The notes: generated by a model not told the origin, from the sequence alone. A DNA stretch of 64,000 nucleotides from Thermoplasmata archaeon (GCA_021827405.1 JAKAVY010000001.1:16861-80860); one strand, 5' to 3'. Positions 1-9,979 are shown, numbered from the stretch's first letter. Numbers and translations: made by a program.

Positions 1-1
1 C

Positions 2-364
2 GCCGGTGAGCGGGAGTACTGCGTTGACCCGGCGGGCGGAGTGCTGGGACTCTTGGGCAAGGGCTGGGCCCTCCCGCTCATGGGCGTCCTCGGGAACCGT
101 CCGGCCAGCCGGTTCAGCGAATTGCAAGACGCCGTACGCGGCATCGGAGGGAAGGTGCTGTCGGCTCGCCTTCGGGAGCTTATCGACCTGGGCCTGGTCA
201 CGCGCAAGGTCTACGCGGAGGTGCCCGCTCGGGTCGAGTACCGACTTACCGAGGCGGGGCTACAACTCCGGGAAGCCCTGATCCCGCTACTTGCGTGGGC
301 GACGGTCCATCCTGCTCCCTCCCGCCCACGCCGGGGATCGGATCCGGCCCTCAGACAGGGGTGA
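2..364 (+). CDS. HxlR-family winged-helix transcriptional regulator (5' end beyond or at window edge)
   Basis: LLGKGW..L...L.....RFSEL...GI..KVLS.RLREL...GLV.R.VYAEVP.RVEYRLT is the HxlR signature. The frame is open back to position 2 (AGEREYCVDP). Confidence 0.9.
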   Translation, partial: AGEREYCVDPAGGVLGLLGKGWALPLMGVLGNRPASRFSELQDAVRGIGGKVLSARLRELIDLGLVTRKVYAEVPARVEYRLTEAGLQLREALIPLLAWATVHPAPSRPRRGSDPALRQG

Positions 365-1046
365 CTCCCCGACGAGGGGGCGGCTCGGGGGCCACGTCCT
401 CTCCTTCTTCGTCCGCCAAGGTCGCACCGGGGGCGGGCTGTCGACGCCGGGCTCGGACCCCGGACCCTGGGCTTGAGCTTCTTGGCCCAGCCCGGGAAGC
501 GAGCACCACGAGGCCTGGGGCCCTCCCCCTGACGGCGTCTGGGCCCGACCCGTTTCGAACCGGGGTCAATCCTGGGCAGGGTCCCAAAGCCGATCCCCGA
601 CGGATCTTGCTCTTCAGACCACGAGAAGAGAGGCGGAGGGTGATCCCAAAGGACAAGGAGGGCGAAGAACCAGGACCCCCGGGGGAACTCAGGGACGGGG
701 CTTAGGCGGTCCGCGACGAAGGTTGTGACCGTCGGCCGAGTCAAGACACCAGCGCGGAGGACGCCTTCGAAGGTGTGGCTGGGCAGGGTCGAGCGGGATG
801 AGCGGTCGAACGACGCGCGTCTCAGTGTAGCCCGGTGGAGGCCTCCGGCCCCCGGATGACGATCCTGCTCACAACCGGACGGCCGCCCTTCATCGAGAGG
901 GGGCGACCTGTCGATGCCGCACGGGGGAAGCCCGGTTGATTGAGGTTCGGAGGTCTCACGGGGAGGAACGGGTCGCCGCCCGGGAAATCCGGACAACAGG
1001 ACCATCCGCCAACCTGCTCTGGTCTTGGAGCCGACCATTGGCGGGG

Positions 1047-1628
1047 CTACCCATCCCCCCTCGTCGCGGGCACTTGTGTTCCCTCTGGTCCTTCCCGCGA
1101 AGCGCGTTCCCATGCGCAAGCCAGTTGATGCAGGGGGACCCAGAGGAGGATGACGGCACCGACCTCGACCCCAGTCACAGCGATGTTCAGGGCGCCGGTG
1201 AGCCCTCCTGCCAGGGCCCCCCCGGCCAGGCCGACGGCGATGGCTGGAGCCACCGATCCGCAACAGCCGACGAAAGCCGCCGGGATGCCTGACAAGGCCA
1301 CCCCCGCCGCGGCGGCCCTACGTGCTCCGCGACTGGGAGGGGGGGCGCAGGTGCCTTCCTCTGCGCAATAGGAGCGGGAGGAAAGGAACAAGGAGAACAT
1401 GACCCCCATCGAGAGGGAGAACGACACCTGGCTTGTGGAGAGGTCGGCGCCGATGCCGATCACCCTGTCCACCAGCGCGAAGAACATGACGTAGGCAAGG
1501 GCGATTGCCGCGAGCAAGAACAGGAACGTCGCTAGATGGGTTCGCGAGGAGAGGACCTTGACCAAGAAGACGGGTTCTGGGAAGCGATGTCTATGGAAGG
1601 ACCCAGTGGGCGAGGCCCCAGACGTCAT
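1047..1628 (-). CDS. Hypothetical 4-TM membrane protein with vicinal Cys pair (GCCGS)
   Basis: Four hydrophobic segments, YCAEEGTC loop and FVGCCGS motif. Starts 2 nt after the upstream gene's stop. Confidence 0.7.
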   Translation of the reverse strand: MTSGASPTGSFHRHRFPEPVFLVKVLSSRTHLATFLFLLAAIALAYVMFFALVDRVIGIGADLSTSQVSFSLSMGVMFSLFLSSRSYCAEEGTCAPPPSRGARRAAAAGVALSGIPAAFVGCCGSVAPAIAVGLAGGALAGGLTGALNIAVTGVEVGAVILLWVPLHQLACAWERASREGPEGTQVPATRGDG

Positions 1629-1630
1629 GG

Positions 1631-2245
1631 TCAGGCTCGTGGGTGGTCCCCAGCCGGGTCAGAAGGATTCTCGTCGGTCTCCGTGCAGCCACACTCCGAC
1701 CCGTCCTGTGGGAAGGGGGTGCCCGGGGCCAACACCCGTCGGGAAGCTACCCGGAGCGAGACCCAGAGCACGAGGAGAGCCGCGGCGTAGAGAACGGGCT
1801 CATACGTTCCCACGTAGTACTGCAAGGTGGGAGACAAGGTAGAGAGGGTCGTCCCGGTGACGAAGACCGAGAGGAGAAGAGGAACGGCCGGGCCGCAGCA
1901 CAGCGCGTTCGGCAACAGGGCGATGACGACACCCGCTAGGCCCTTGTGAGCCCCCTTCACGGGTCTGGCGCAGGACGGGTTTCTCCAAAGGAACACGTTC
2001 ACGAGCACCGTTGCGGGGAGCAGGACAGACATCCCGGCCACGAGGACCCACTGGGCCGGGGTCACAAACCGTAACCACTCCCAACGGAGGGAGCCTATGA
2101 CTAGCGCCGGGAGGAGAAGGGCGTAGAGCACGCCCACGGCCAGGCCGAGGACGGGGAAGGACAGGGCATAGACCGGTCGGCCCAGCACACGTCTGAGGGC
2201 AGCAACCTCTGGCCACCACCCGGATGACCCTCGGAGCCCGGTCAT
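1631..2245 (-). CDS. Hypothetical 4-TM membrane protein with vicinal Cys pair (ALCCGP), MerT/MerF-like motif
   Basis: Hydrophobic helices, PNALCCGPAVPLLL, C-terminal CGC. ATGA overlap with the upstream ORF. Confidence 0.78.
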   Translation of the reverse strand: MTGLRGSSGWWPEVAALRRVLGRPVYALSFPVLGLAVGVLYALLLPALVIGSLRWEWLRFVTPAQWVLVAGMSVLLPATVLVNVFLWRNPSCARPVKGAHKGLAGVVIALLPNALCCGPAVPLLLSVFVTGTTLSTLSPTLQYYVGTYEPVLYAAALLVLWVSLRVASRRVLAPGTPFPQDGSECGCTETDENPSDPAGDHPRA

Positions 2246-2850
2246 TGGCCGCTCGCCGTCTGGAAGACAGCGACCTGGTTACCCGAAAGCCCTTGGGCCC
2301 CCAGCGAGGTACCCTCCAGGTTGACCCTACGGTAGAGGTCCAGGTCATGGAAGGGATCGAAGATGTCGGTTCCGCTAAGGTCAGACGTCTTAGGGACCCA
2401 GGCCGCCTGCGACAAGAACCCGCTCGGTAAGGCAAGGGTGCTCAGGCCGGGTCCCGGCTGACCCAGGCTGTCCTTCGGCCGCTCCTCGAGAAGGGCCAAA
2501 CCACCCCCGGGACACTGGCCGCAGGACTGTCCGGTAAAGGGGCTCGGGCTCTGGGAACCTGAAGACCACACGGTGGCCACGGACCAGACCAAGACCGGAT
2601 GCCCCGGAAGGGAGGCCAGGTCGCAGGAACCTCTGCCAAGAAGGCGGAGGGGGAAACTTGGGGGGTTACTCCCCCCTAGGGGGACCGGGGTCGCAGGTAG
2701 CCCGAGGACCGTATCTGAATTGCAGCGGGCCCCCCTGACTCCCTCGACGGCACCCGGAAGGAGCCCCCGTGTCCACCAGAGGCCGGGTGTGTGCGGCGTC
2801 GGGAACAAGGTGGCCTCCTGTCCTTCCACGCCCTTGATCTCGGCCCTCAT
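2242..2850 (-). pseudogene. Divergent or decaying TlpA/redoxin-like (thioredoxin-fold) protein lacking the canonical CxxC
   Basis: PSFPLRLL...DLASLPGHPVLVWSVATVWSSG resembles the redoxin pattern P.F.L...G..vsLs.l.G.PVllwfvATWCxxC. ATGA coupling to the next gene. Start codon uncertain. Confidence 0.5.
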
Positions 2851-3672
2851 ACACAGCGAGCCTTCTGGGCAGGGAAGAACGAGAGAGACCTCGCCCCGAA
2901 GGGGATCCGCGTGGGAGAGCGCCGGCAGCCCAGTCGTGGAGGTCTCCTTCCCGACAGGCCGGCCCGGTCCGAACCAGGGACCCTCTCCGCTGCGGGCGAG
3001 CCGACGCGGGCCGGCTTGCCGGTCCGACACCCCCGGGAGAGCGAGGGGGAACGCGTCGTCCCTGCCACAGGAACGCTCTCTGCCCGACGGAATGCCCTGA
3101 AAGCCGCGGCGCGCGTTCGGGACGCGGCCCGGCAGCGGAGGCCCACGAGGTACATCAATGGGCCGAAATGCCTTGGCCCACCGTCCGGAAGGCTCGCGTC
3201 CCGCCGCCGGCAAAGCTGCGGTGTGGCCATGCCTTATCCTTACCGGCCCGGCCCATATGACCCTGCGCGTTACCTCTGGGAACCTGGTAGCTATCGAGGT
3301 ATCTGCCATCCTTTCCTCTCCCCCTTCTCTCTTTCGAAATCTACACTCCGCAGTGCGGCCAGGTTCTCCATCCTCATTCCGGTCTCTCACCGGGTCGCGC
3401 GGGTCTAGACTCTGGGGCCCCATCGTCTCATCCGGTTCGCGATGGGAAGGCCCGAAGAGCGAGCGATTCGTGCTCGGCGACGAGGGCCGCCGGAGCCAGC
3501 CCTCCGCCCCACCCATAAGCTCGGTATCATCCTTCGGGGTCCGCCCTCAGGGCCATACTCCCGTGGCCTCACCCTGGGGACACAATCGGAGGCCGGCATC
3601 CGATGGGTCCGGGTCCCGGCCGAAGCCCAGGCCCCAGGGTCTCGTGGGGAGCCGATCCGTCCCAGCGAGATC

Positions 3673-5667
3673 TCACCAGAGGGGCTCGGGAGCGTCAGCC
3701 CGGGAAGGGGACCCCGAGGGCCCGGGGAACGCTTTGTCGAAGCCGGGGTGATAAACGGCGGGCAGGGAACCCCGGAAGCGCCCCAGGGCGTGGGGGTCGA
3801 TGGCCACGCGCCGACGTATCTCCGGTTCCCGGATGCTCTGTCTCCAGATCTGGGAGTAGGCCAGGAAGAAGCGCTGTTCCGGAAGCAGCCCGTCGAGGGC
3901 CTGACGGCGGGAGGGGTCCGCGTCCAGCCGCCGCTGGAGGGCCTCGAACGCCAGGCTCACCCCTCCGAAGTCCGCGATGTTCTCCCCCAGCGTGAGCTCT
4001 CCGTTCACGGGGAGCCCCGGCAGGGCTTGCTGGGAGGAATAGAGCCTCACCAACCCTGCCGCCCGACGCTGGAACTCCTCGGCGTCCCTCGGCGTCCACC
4101 AGTCCCTCAGGTTGCCCTCGGCGTCATAGCGGCGGCCCTGGTCGTCGTAGCCGTGGGTGATCTCGTGTCCGATCACCACCCCGATCGCCCCGTAGTTCAC
4201 CGCGTCGTCCAGACCCGGGTCGAAGAAGGGGGGCTGTAGGATCCCCGCGGGGAAGACGATCTCGTTCTCGCTGGGATTGAAGTAGGCGTCCACGGTCGGA
4301 GGGCTCATCCCCCACTCCTCCCGATCCACCGGCGCCCCCACGCGGTGGCTTTGCCGGAGGACCTCGAACTGGGAGGCGCGGAGCACGTTCCCCAGGTAAT
4401 CCTCCCGGTCCAGCCGGATCGGGGAGTAGTCACGGTAGTGGGAAGGGTGGCCGATCTTCACCCGAAAGCGCGCGAACTTCGCGAGCGCCTTCTCCCGGGT
4501 CTCGGGAGTCATCCAGGGCAGCCGACGGAGGCGCTCCCGGAACACCTCGCGAAGGTCCTCGACCAGAACCGCCATCCGGCGGCTGGCCTCGGCCGGGAAG
4601 TGTCGTTCGACGTAGAGCTGGCCCAAGGCTTCTCCCAGGAGCCCGTCCACCACCCGGGTCGCCCGCTGCCACCGGGGCTCGGGCTCGACCTGCCCGAGCA
4701 GCGTCCGGTGGAAGAACGCGAAGTTCTCCTCCTCAAAAGCCCGGTGGAGGTAAGGGGCGCTGGCATGCAAGACCTGCCATCGAAGGTAGTCCTTCCACTC
4801 CTCCAGGGGGGCCTCGGAGAGCAGCCGTGTGGTCTCGGCGAAGAACTCCGGTTGTCCGACCACCGCGTAGGAGGAGGGGGCGGCCTCGATACGGGAAAGG
4901 TAGCGGACCCAATGATGAGGGGGGTACTCCGCCTCCAGCCGGTCCAGGGAGAAGGGATGGTAGTTCTTCTCCTCGTCCCGGAGGTCCGTGCGGCTGCGAC
5001 TTACCTTCGCCAACTGGCTCTCGAGGGCCAGGACGGTGCTGGCTCCTGTCGTGGCCCGGGCCTCCGGGAACCCTGCGAGGGCCAGCATGCGCGCCACATG
5101 GGCCCGGTACTTCTGCCGCACCTCCCCGAAACTGTCCGAAAGGTAGTACTCCCGGTCCGGGAGGGAGAGCCCCCCCTGGCTCAGGTAGAGCGCATAGTGG
5201 GCACTGTCCTTCTTGTCCGCCTCGGAATACACCCCGAACAGGCCGGGGAAACCTACCCGGTGCAGTTCGGCCAAGCAGCCCGGGATCTCTTCGTTGGACC
5301 GGAGCTCGTCGATGCGCCCCAGCCATGGCGTGAGGGAGGACAGGCCCCGGGCCTCGAGCTGGTCGACGTCCATCGCCGAGGCGAAAAGGTCACCGACCAA
5401 ACGGCGCGGGGAGCCGGGAGACGCCTCCCCATCGGAGGCGGCCTCCTCCAGGATCTGGCGCAGAAGATGAAAGTTCCAATCCTGGAGCTCTCGGAAAGCG
5501 CCCCATTCCGCCTTGTCCTCGGGGACCGGATGGGTCCTCAACCAGTTCCCGTTGGCGTACCGATAGAAGTCCGCGCGGGGGTCCACGCTTGGGTCGAGGT
5601 ACTCGGTCGAGAAGCGGGGCCTTTCCGGCACACGGGAGGACATCCGGGGTGCGGCAGGGTTCGCCAT
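3673..5667 (-). CDS. pepO: M13 family metallopeptidase (neprilysin/PepO-like)
   Basis: DFYRYANGNW, VDAYF, GILQPPFF, HEITH zinc motif, GENIAD. TATA element about 30 nt upstream of ATG 5667. Confidence 0.95.
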   Translation of the reverse strand: MANPAAPRMSSRVPERPRFSTEYLDPSVDPRADFYRYANGNWLRTHPVPEDKAEWGAFRELQDWNFHLLRQILEEAASDGEASPGSPRRLVGDLFASAMDVDQLEARGLSSLTPWLGRIDELRSNEEIPGCLAELHRVGFPGLFGVYSEADKKDSAHYALYLSQGGLSLPDREYYLSDSFGEVRQKYRAHVARMLALAGFPEARATTGASTVLALESQLAKVSRSRTDLRDEEKNYHPFSLDRLEAEYPPHHWVRYLSRIEAAPSSYAVVGQPEFFAETTRLLSEAPLEEWKDYLRWQVLHASAPYLHRAFEEENFAFFHRTLLGQVEPEPRWQRATRVVDGLLGEALGQLYVERHFPAEASRRMAVLVEDLREVFRERLRRLPWMTPETREKALAKFARFRVKIGHPSHYRDYSPIRLDREDYLGNVLRASQFEVLRQSHRVGAPVDREEWGMSPPTVDAYFNPSENEIVFPAGILQPPFFDPGLDDAVNYGAIGVVIGHEITHGYDDQGRRYDAEGNLRDWWTPRDAEEFQRRAAGLVRLYSSQQALPGLPVNGELTLGENIADFGGVSLAFEALQRRLDADPSRRQALDGLLPEQRFFLAYSQIWRQSIREPEIRRRVAIDPHALGRFRGSLPAVYHPGFDKAFPGPSGSPSRADAPEPLW

Positions 5668-5695
5668 CGTGGACCCAACCCCGCACGGCCTTCGC

Positions 5696-5704
5696 CTATT
5701 ATAG
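5696..5704 (-). promoter_or_regulatory. Putative TATA box of the M13 peptidase gene
   Basis: CTATAATAG on the minus strand about 30 nt upstream of ATG 5667, in a GC-rich background. Confidence 0.6.
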
Positions 5705-5751
5705 CCTGGTCCCGCCAAAGCCCCCGGGTTCCCTGCCCCCGGCGGTCCGGT

Positions 5752-7413
5752 TCACGCGGGAATCCCGTCCCTCGCTCGCAGATAATCCTCCAGGGCCCTT
5801 CGGCCGGCCAGGATCGCCTGGCGGATGTCGTACTGGGCCCGCCCCTCCTCCGAGAACGCTCCCGGGCCGGGGGCCCCAGAGGAGAAGGTGACCCCGAGAC
5901 GGACGACCTCCGACCGGAAGGCATGCGCGCGTACCGGGTCCAACCCGGAGAGGCTGCGTTCGGTGAGCACTATCCGCTGGTCCCGGGCCAGTTCCAGCGC
6001 CTCGTCCAGGTGTGCGTAGACCGGGGAGTCCACCACCGAGGGACGAAGCCGACGAAGGTCAGCATAGGTACGGTCGGGGCGGCAATCCACCCCCTCCCCG
6101 TCGTAGGGGGAGCCCAACCGGACGGAAACCCCTCGTCGATGGAGGACGACCTCGTAGTAGTGGACCAGCTTCAGGAACTCGTCTCGCTTGGGGCCGACGG
6201 GAATGTCCAACAGCTGTCCTCCGAGGGCTTCTCGGGCCTCGTAGAGGGTCACCGAGGCGCCCGCCAGCGATGCCCGCAGGGCGGCCTCGAGACCCTTGAT
6301 GCCGCCTCCCACGATCACGAGGGGGCCCTCGATGCGCAGGGGAAGTGGGCGATCGCCCTCGTGCCCAGTGTCCGGATTGACCGTACAGCGGACCTCCCCC
6401 CAACGGAGGTCCCGGCAGGCCTGGTTGCACCGGATGCACGGCCGGATGCCCTCCGGGTCGTGCAGGACCTTCCAGGCGAAGTTCGGGTCGGCCAGCATGG
6501 CCCTTCCCACCGAGACGAAGTCGACCTTCTCGAGGACCGCTTCCACCCCGCTTGCGTCCAGCACCGATCCCACCAGCATGGTGGGGAGCGCCGGCCGACG
6601 CGGAAGCCTCCGCAGGATATGGAGCGGCGGGTAGCCGAAGGAGGCGGAGGATCCCGGGGGGGCGAAGCGGCCGGCGGAGAAGTGCACGTAGTCCAGGCCC
6701 TTCAACCGCTCGGCCACCGTCACCCCGTACTCGGGGGGATAGCCATCCGGTTCGTCCTCGTAGAGGCTCAGCCGGATGCCCAGGGGGAGGCCGGCCTCCT
6801 CCCGGACCGCCTGGAGGACCTCTTGGACGAACCGAAGGCGGTTCTCCAAGGAACCGCCATACCGGTCCTGCCGCTGGTTCAAGGCGGGGGAGAGGAATTC
6901 GTGGAGCAGGTAGGCGTGGGCGGCATGGACCTCCAGCCCGTCGAAGTTCGAGAGGGCCCCGACTCTCGCCGCCCGGCGAAAGCTCTCCACCACCTGGTCC
7001 AGGTCTTCGGCGGCCATTTCTCGGGGCCTCTGTCCCCCGTAGTCCACTGCGCTCGGCGCCATGGGGCCCCGGGCGTTCGTGGGCAGCGTCGCCTTCCCCC
7101 CGGCGTGGACCAGCTGTAGGAAGACCGCAGAGCCCGCCTCGTGGATCGCCTCGGTGAGCCGCCGAAGCTTCGGGACGAGGTCCTCCCGGTGTGCACCCAG
7201 CTCGTTCCTCGATCCCCGGCTGTTGAGCCCGTCCACGTAGGTATACTCCGTGAGGATGAGACCGGCCCCTCCCCGGGCGCGGGCGGCCAGGTACGCGATG
7301 TGGGCCTCGTCGGTGGCCCCGGTCTCCTGCGCGAGATTGGAGATCATGGGAGCCATCGCGATCCGGTTCTTTACTTCCAAGTCCCCGATCCTCCCCGGCA
7401 AGGATGCTCTCAT
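5752..7413 (-). CDS. NADH:flavin oxidoreductase (Old Yellow Enzyme/2,4-dienoyl-CoA reductase-like) with Fe-S and FAD-binding domains
   Basis: KNRIAMAPM, QLVHAG, EVHAAHAYLLHEFLSP..NQRQDRYGGS.ENR, CIRCNQAC, GGGIKG dinucleotide motif. GGAGG RBS before ATG 7413. Confidence 0.92.
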   Translation of the reverse strand: MRASLPGRIGDLEVKNRIAMAPMISNLAQETGATDEAHIAYLAARARGGAGLILTEYTYVDGLNSRGSRNELGAHREDLVPKLRRLTEAIHEAGSAVFLQLVHAGGKATLPTNARGPMAPSAVDYGGQRPREMAAEDLDQVVESFRRAARVGALSNFDGLEVHAAHAYLLHEFLSPALNQRQDRYGGSLENRLRFVQEVLQAVREEAGLPLGIRLSLYEDEPDGYPPEYGVTVAERLKGLDYVHFSAGRFAPPGSSASFGYPPLHILRRLPRRPALPTMLVGSVLDASGVEAVLEKVDFVSVGRAMLADPNFAWKVLHDPEGIRPCIRCNQACRDLRWGEVRCTVNPDTGHEGDRPLPLRIEGPLVIVGGGIKGLEAALRASLAGASVTLYEAREALGGQLLDIPVGPKRDEFLKLVHYYEVVLHRRGVSVRLGSPYDGEGVDCRPDRTYADLRRLRPSVVDSPVYAHLDEALELARDQRIVLTERSLSGLDPVRAHAFRSEVVRLGVTFSSGAPGPGAFSEEGRAQYDIRQAILAGRRALEDYLRARDGIPA

Positions 7414-7612
7414 GGCCTCCCCTCCCACGCCCCCCTAGCCGGGGGCCGCTAAGAGACTGCGGCCCGACCGAGTGGACAGCTCCTGAGGGTCTGACCCCCT
7501 TCCGGGCCGGCGCTACGGGAGGGTACCGGAGGCCCTCCAGGGGACCCGAAACCTCGTGGTCCCCGCCTGGGACCCGGGAGGTTAAGCCGCGTCGCGGGGT
7601 GGCGGGAGGGCG

Positions 7613-8776
7613 ATGACGGCCACGGGCTCGTGCCTCAAAGGACTCCAATGCCGTGGATGCGGAGCGGAAATGGGGGCGGACGCACCGGTAGGCACCTGTC
7701 CCTCTTGCGGGGGCGCGCTCTTCGCCACCTACGACCTGGGCTCCCTCGATGCCCGGCGTTGGTGGAGGAGCCTGCCCGCCCGCCCGGGTCACTTGTGGCG
7801 CTTCCGGGAACTCCTTCCGGTACGGGACGATTCCCACCTGGTGACCCTGGGAGAGGGCGGGTCGGCAATCCTCGATATGGGTCGGCTTCCCGATACCGGC
7901 GACCTTCGGCTTCTCCTCAAGGACGACGGCGGATTGCCCACGGGTTCCTTCAAGGCCCGGGGAATGGCGGTGGCGGTCTCCCGGGCACGAGAGCTGGGGC
8001 TGTCCTCGCTCTTTGTCCCGAGCGCCGGGAACGCCGGAGTGGCCTTGGCCGCCTATGCCGCAAGGGCCCGGATGAAGGCCCGGATCTACCTTCCCGAGAC
8101 CACACCGGGCCCCATGCAGAGGGCCTGCGCCTGCTACGGGGCCGGCGTGATCACGGTCCAGGGCACCATCCGTGACGCGGGCGAACGCGCGCGGCGGGAG
8201 GAGACCGGCCAGGGCTCCTTCGATGTCTCCACCCTCCGTGAGCCGTACCGGGCCGAAGGCAAGAAGACCATGGGGCTCGAGATCGTTCAGGCCCTGGGGG
8301 CCGAGGGCATGCCCGACGCCGTGGTCTATCCCGCCGGTGGGGGGACAGGCCTGGTCGGCATGCACCTGGCCTTCGAGCAGCTCACTTCCCTGGGGCTTAT
8401 AAAGCGGGTTCCCCGTCTCCTGGCGGTCCAGCCCGAAGGCTGTGCGCCCTTGGTACGAGCCCTACGGGACGGGACGGCCCGCGTCACCCCATGGGAATCC
8501 CCGCACACCCTTGCCCCCGGCTTGCTCGTTCCCGCTCCGTTCTGCTCGGAGCGGGTGTTGGAAGCGGTCCGGGCGACCCGGGGTGGCGGGACGACGGTGA
8601 GCGACGCGGCGATTCTCGCCGCGGTGGAGGCTTTGGGCCGGGATTACGGCGTCTCGGTCTCCCCGGAAGGGGCGGCGCCCTTCGCGGCGCTCCCCGCGTT
8701 GCTCCAGGAGGGTCTGCTCCGGCCCGGAGAGCGCGTCCTCCTCTACAACACCGGTTCCGGCATCCCGTTCTTGTGA
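7613..8776 (+). CDS. thrC: Threonine synthase-like PLP-dependent enzyme
   Basis: Two N-terminal CxxC, LWRFRELLP, TLGEG, PTGSFKARG (PLP Lys), SAGNAG, EGKKT, NTGSG. GTTAAG about 30 nt upstream. Confidence 0.9.
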   Translation: MTATGSCLKGLQCRGCGAEMGADAPVGTCPSCGGALFATYDLGSLDARRWWRSLPARPGHLWRFRELLPVRDDSHLVTLGEGGSAILDMGRLPDTGDLRLLLKDDGGLPTGSFKARGMAVAVSRARELGLSSLFVPSAGNAGVALAAYAARARMKARIYLPETTPGPMQRACACYGAGVITVQGTIRDAGERARREETGQGSFDVSTLREPYRAEGKKTMGLEIVQALGAEGMPDAVVYPAGGGTGLVGMHLAFEQLTSLGLIKRVPRLLAVQPEGCAPLVRALRDGTARVTPWESPHTLAPGLLVPAPFCSERVLEAVRATRGGGTTVSDAAILAAVEALGRDYGVSVSPEGAAPFAALPALLQEGLLRPGERVLLYNTGSGIPFL

Positions 8777-8843
8777 CCGACCGGTCCGACGCCCACGACC
8801 CAGGGGACCACGGCCTTCTACGGGGGCTCCGACCCCCTTCCTC

Positions 8844-9464
8844 TCAGAGGTTCACCAGGCCCGCGGCGAGTGAGGCCATGACGAAGATCAACCCCACCTG
8901 AAAGATCGCCTGCAACCCGGACAGTCGTGCATTGAGCAACCCCCAGCGGCCGATGCGCTGGACGTTCGGCCGTTCCTTCCGGAGCTCGAGAACGATCCGG
9001 ATCTCGTTGGGGAGGAAGATCCCCAACCCCTGGATCAACAGCAGGACCACGAGGATCCCGGCCACTTGGATCGCCAGGTAATGCAGATCAAAGATGCCTA
9101 CGGAGATCGCCAGATAGATGCCGGCGGTGATGGTCACCGAGGCCAGCGTCGGCATCAGGAAGAGCATGGTAGGGACGAGGCTCTGGACGAATTGGGCCCG
9201 GGCCGCCGGGGGCATCCTTCCCATGATCGGGCCGATCACCAGTCCCATGAAGATGTCAATCCCCGTCCACAAGGCTCCGGACATGACATGAACGTAGTCG
9301 AGGAACACCCCCTGGACCTGGAGCGCCACCAACAAGGCGCCCACCGGGATGAAGACCAAGGGGAGCGCCCGCCAGGTGACGATCCGGGGAGCCCCGGGGG
9401 TCGCACTCGCAGGGGTCTGGAGAGGGAACGGAGCCTCCCGCCCTAGGACCGCCGGTGACCCCAC
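8844..9464 (-). CDS. Conserved hypothetical multi-pass membrane protein
   Basis: Five hydrophobic helices, [18 protein letters not shown]. Strong GC3 codon bias. Start uncertain. Confidence 0.75.
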   Translation of the reverse strand: MGSPAVLGREAPFPLQTPASATPGAPRIVTWRALPLVFIPVGALLVALQVQGVFLDYVHVMSGALWTGIDIFMGLVIGPIMGRMPPAARAQFVQSLVPTMLFLMPTLASVTITAGIYLAISVGIFDLHYLAIQVAGILVVLLLIQGLGIFLPNEIRIVLELRKERPNVQRIGRWGLLNARLSGLQAIFQVGLIFVMASLAAGLVNL

Positions 9465-9592
9465 GCTCGGCGGGAGCGCCGCCTCCCACTAAAACCTGCC
9501 GCCCCGCCCACCTTCCCGTTGGCCTGGCCACGACATGTCCCCCACAACGCTCGGCCCTCTGGCTTAAACGGGACGCTGGCCTCCATCCTGTC

Positions 9593-9979
9593 ATGGTTGA
9601 AAGTCCCCCGCTCCTCCGGAAGCTCACGCCGGCGGAGGAACGGGTCATCCTCCACAAGGGGACCGAGCGACCCTTCTCCGGGGAGTACGAGAGGCACTTC
9701 CAGGCGGGGACCTACGCGTGCAAGCGCTGCGGACAACCCCTCTACCGCTCCGACAGCAAGTTCGACGCCCATTGCGGGTGGCCGAGCTTCGATGAGGAGA
9801 TCCCGGGAAGCGTCCGTCGCCTGCCTGACCCGGATGGCTCCCGCACCGAGATCCAGTGCGCCCGGTGCGGGGCCCACCTAGGACATGTCTTCCTCGGAGA
9901 AGGCTTCACATCCAAGGATGCCCGTCACTGCGTGAATTCCATCTCCCTCACCTTCACCCCGGCAGCGGGCCCACGCTGA
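9593..9979 (+). CDS. msrB: Peptide-methionine (R)-S-oxide reductase
   Basis: [53 protein letters not shown] at 9564. Confidence 0.97.
   Translation: MVESPPLLRKLTPAEERVILHKGTERPFSGEYERHFQAGTYACKRCGQPLYRSDSKFDAHCGWPSFDEEIPGSVRRLPDPDGSRTEIQCARCGAHLGHVFLGEGFTSKDARHCVNSISLTFTPAAGPR

Noticed and set aside
2760..2920. MerB-like fragment (EVSLVLPCPEG..MRAEI)
   Set aside because: Similarity too short and lacks the WCAxD catalytic motif.
4345..7119. 924-aa plus-strand ORF
   Set aside because: Antisense shadow of the M13 peptidase and OYE genes; no motifs; typical of high-GC DNA.
6059..8365. 768-aa minus-strand ORF and similar long R/G/P-rich ORFs (13838-15619, 15105-16907, 17158-18855, 51457-53337)
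   Set aside because: Alternative-frame or antisense to well-supported genes; low-complexity composition.
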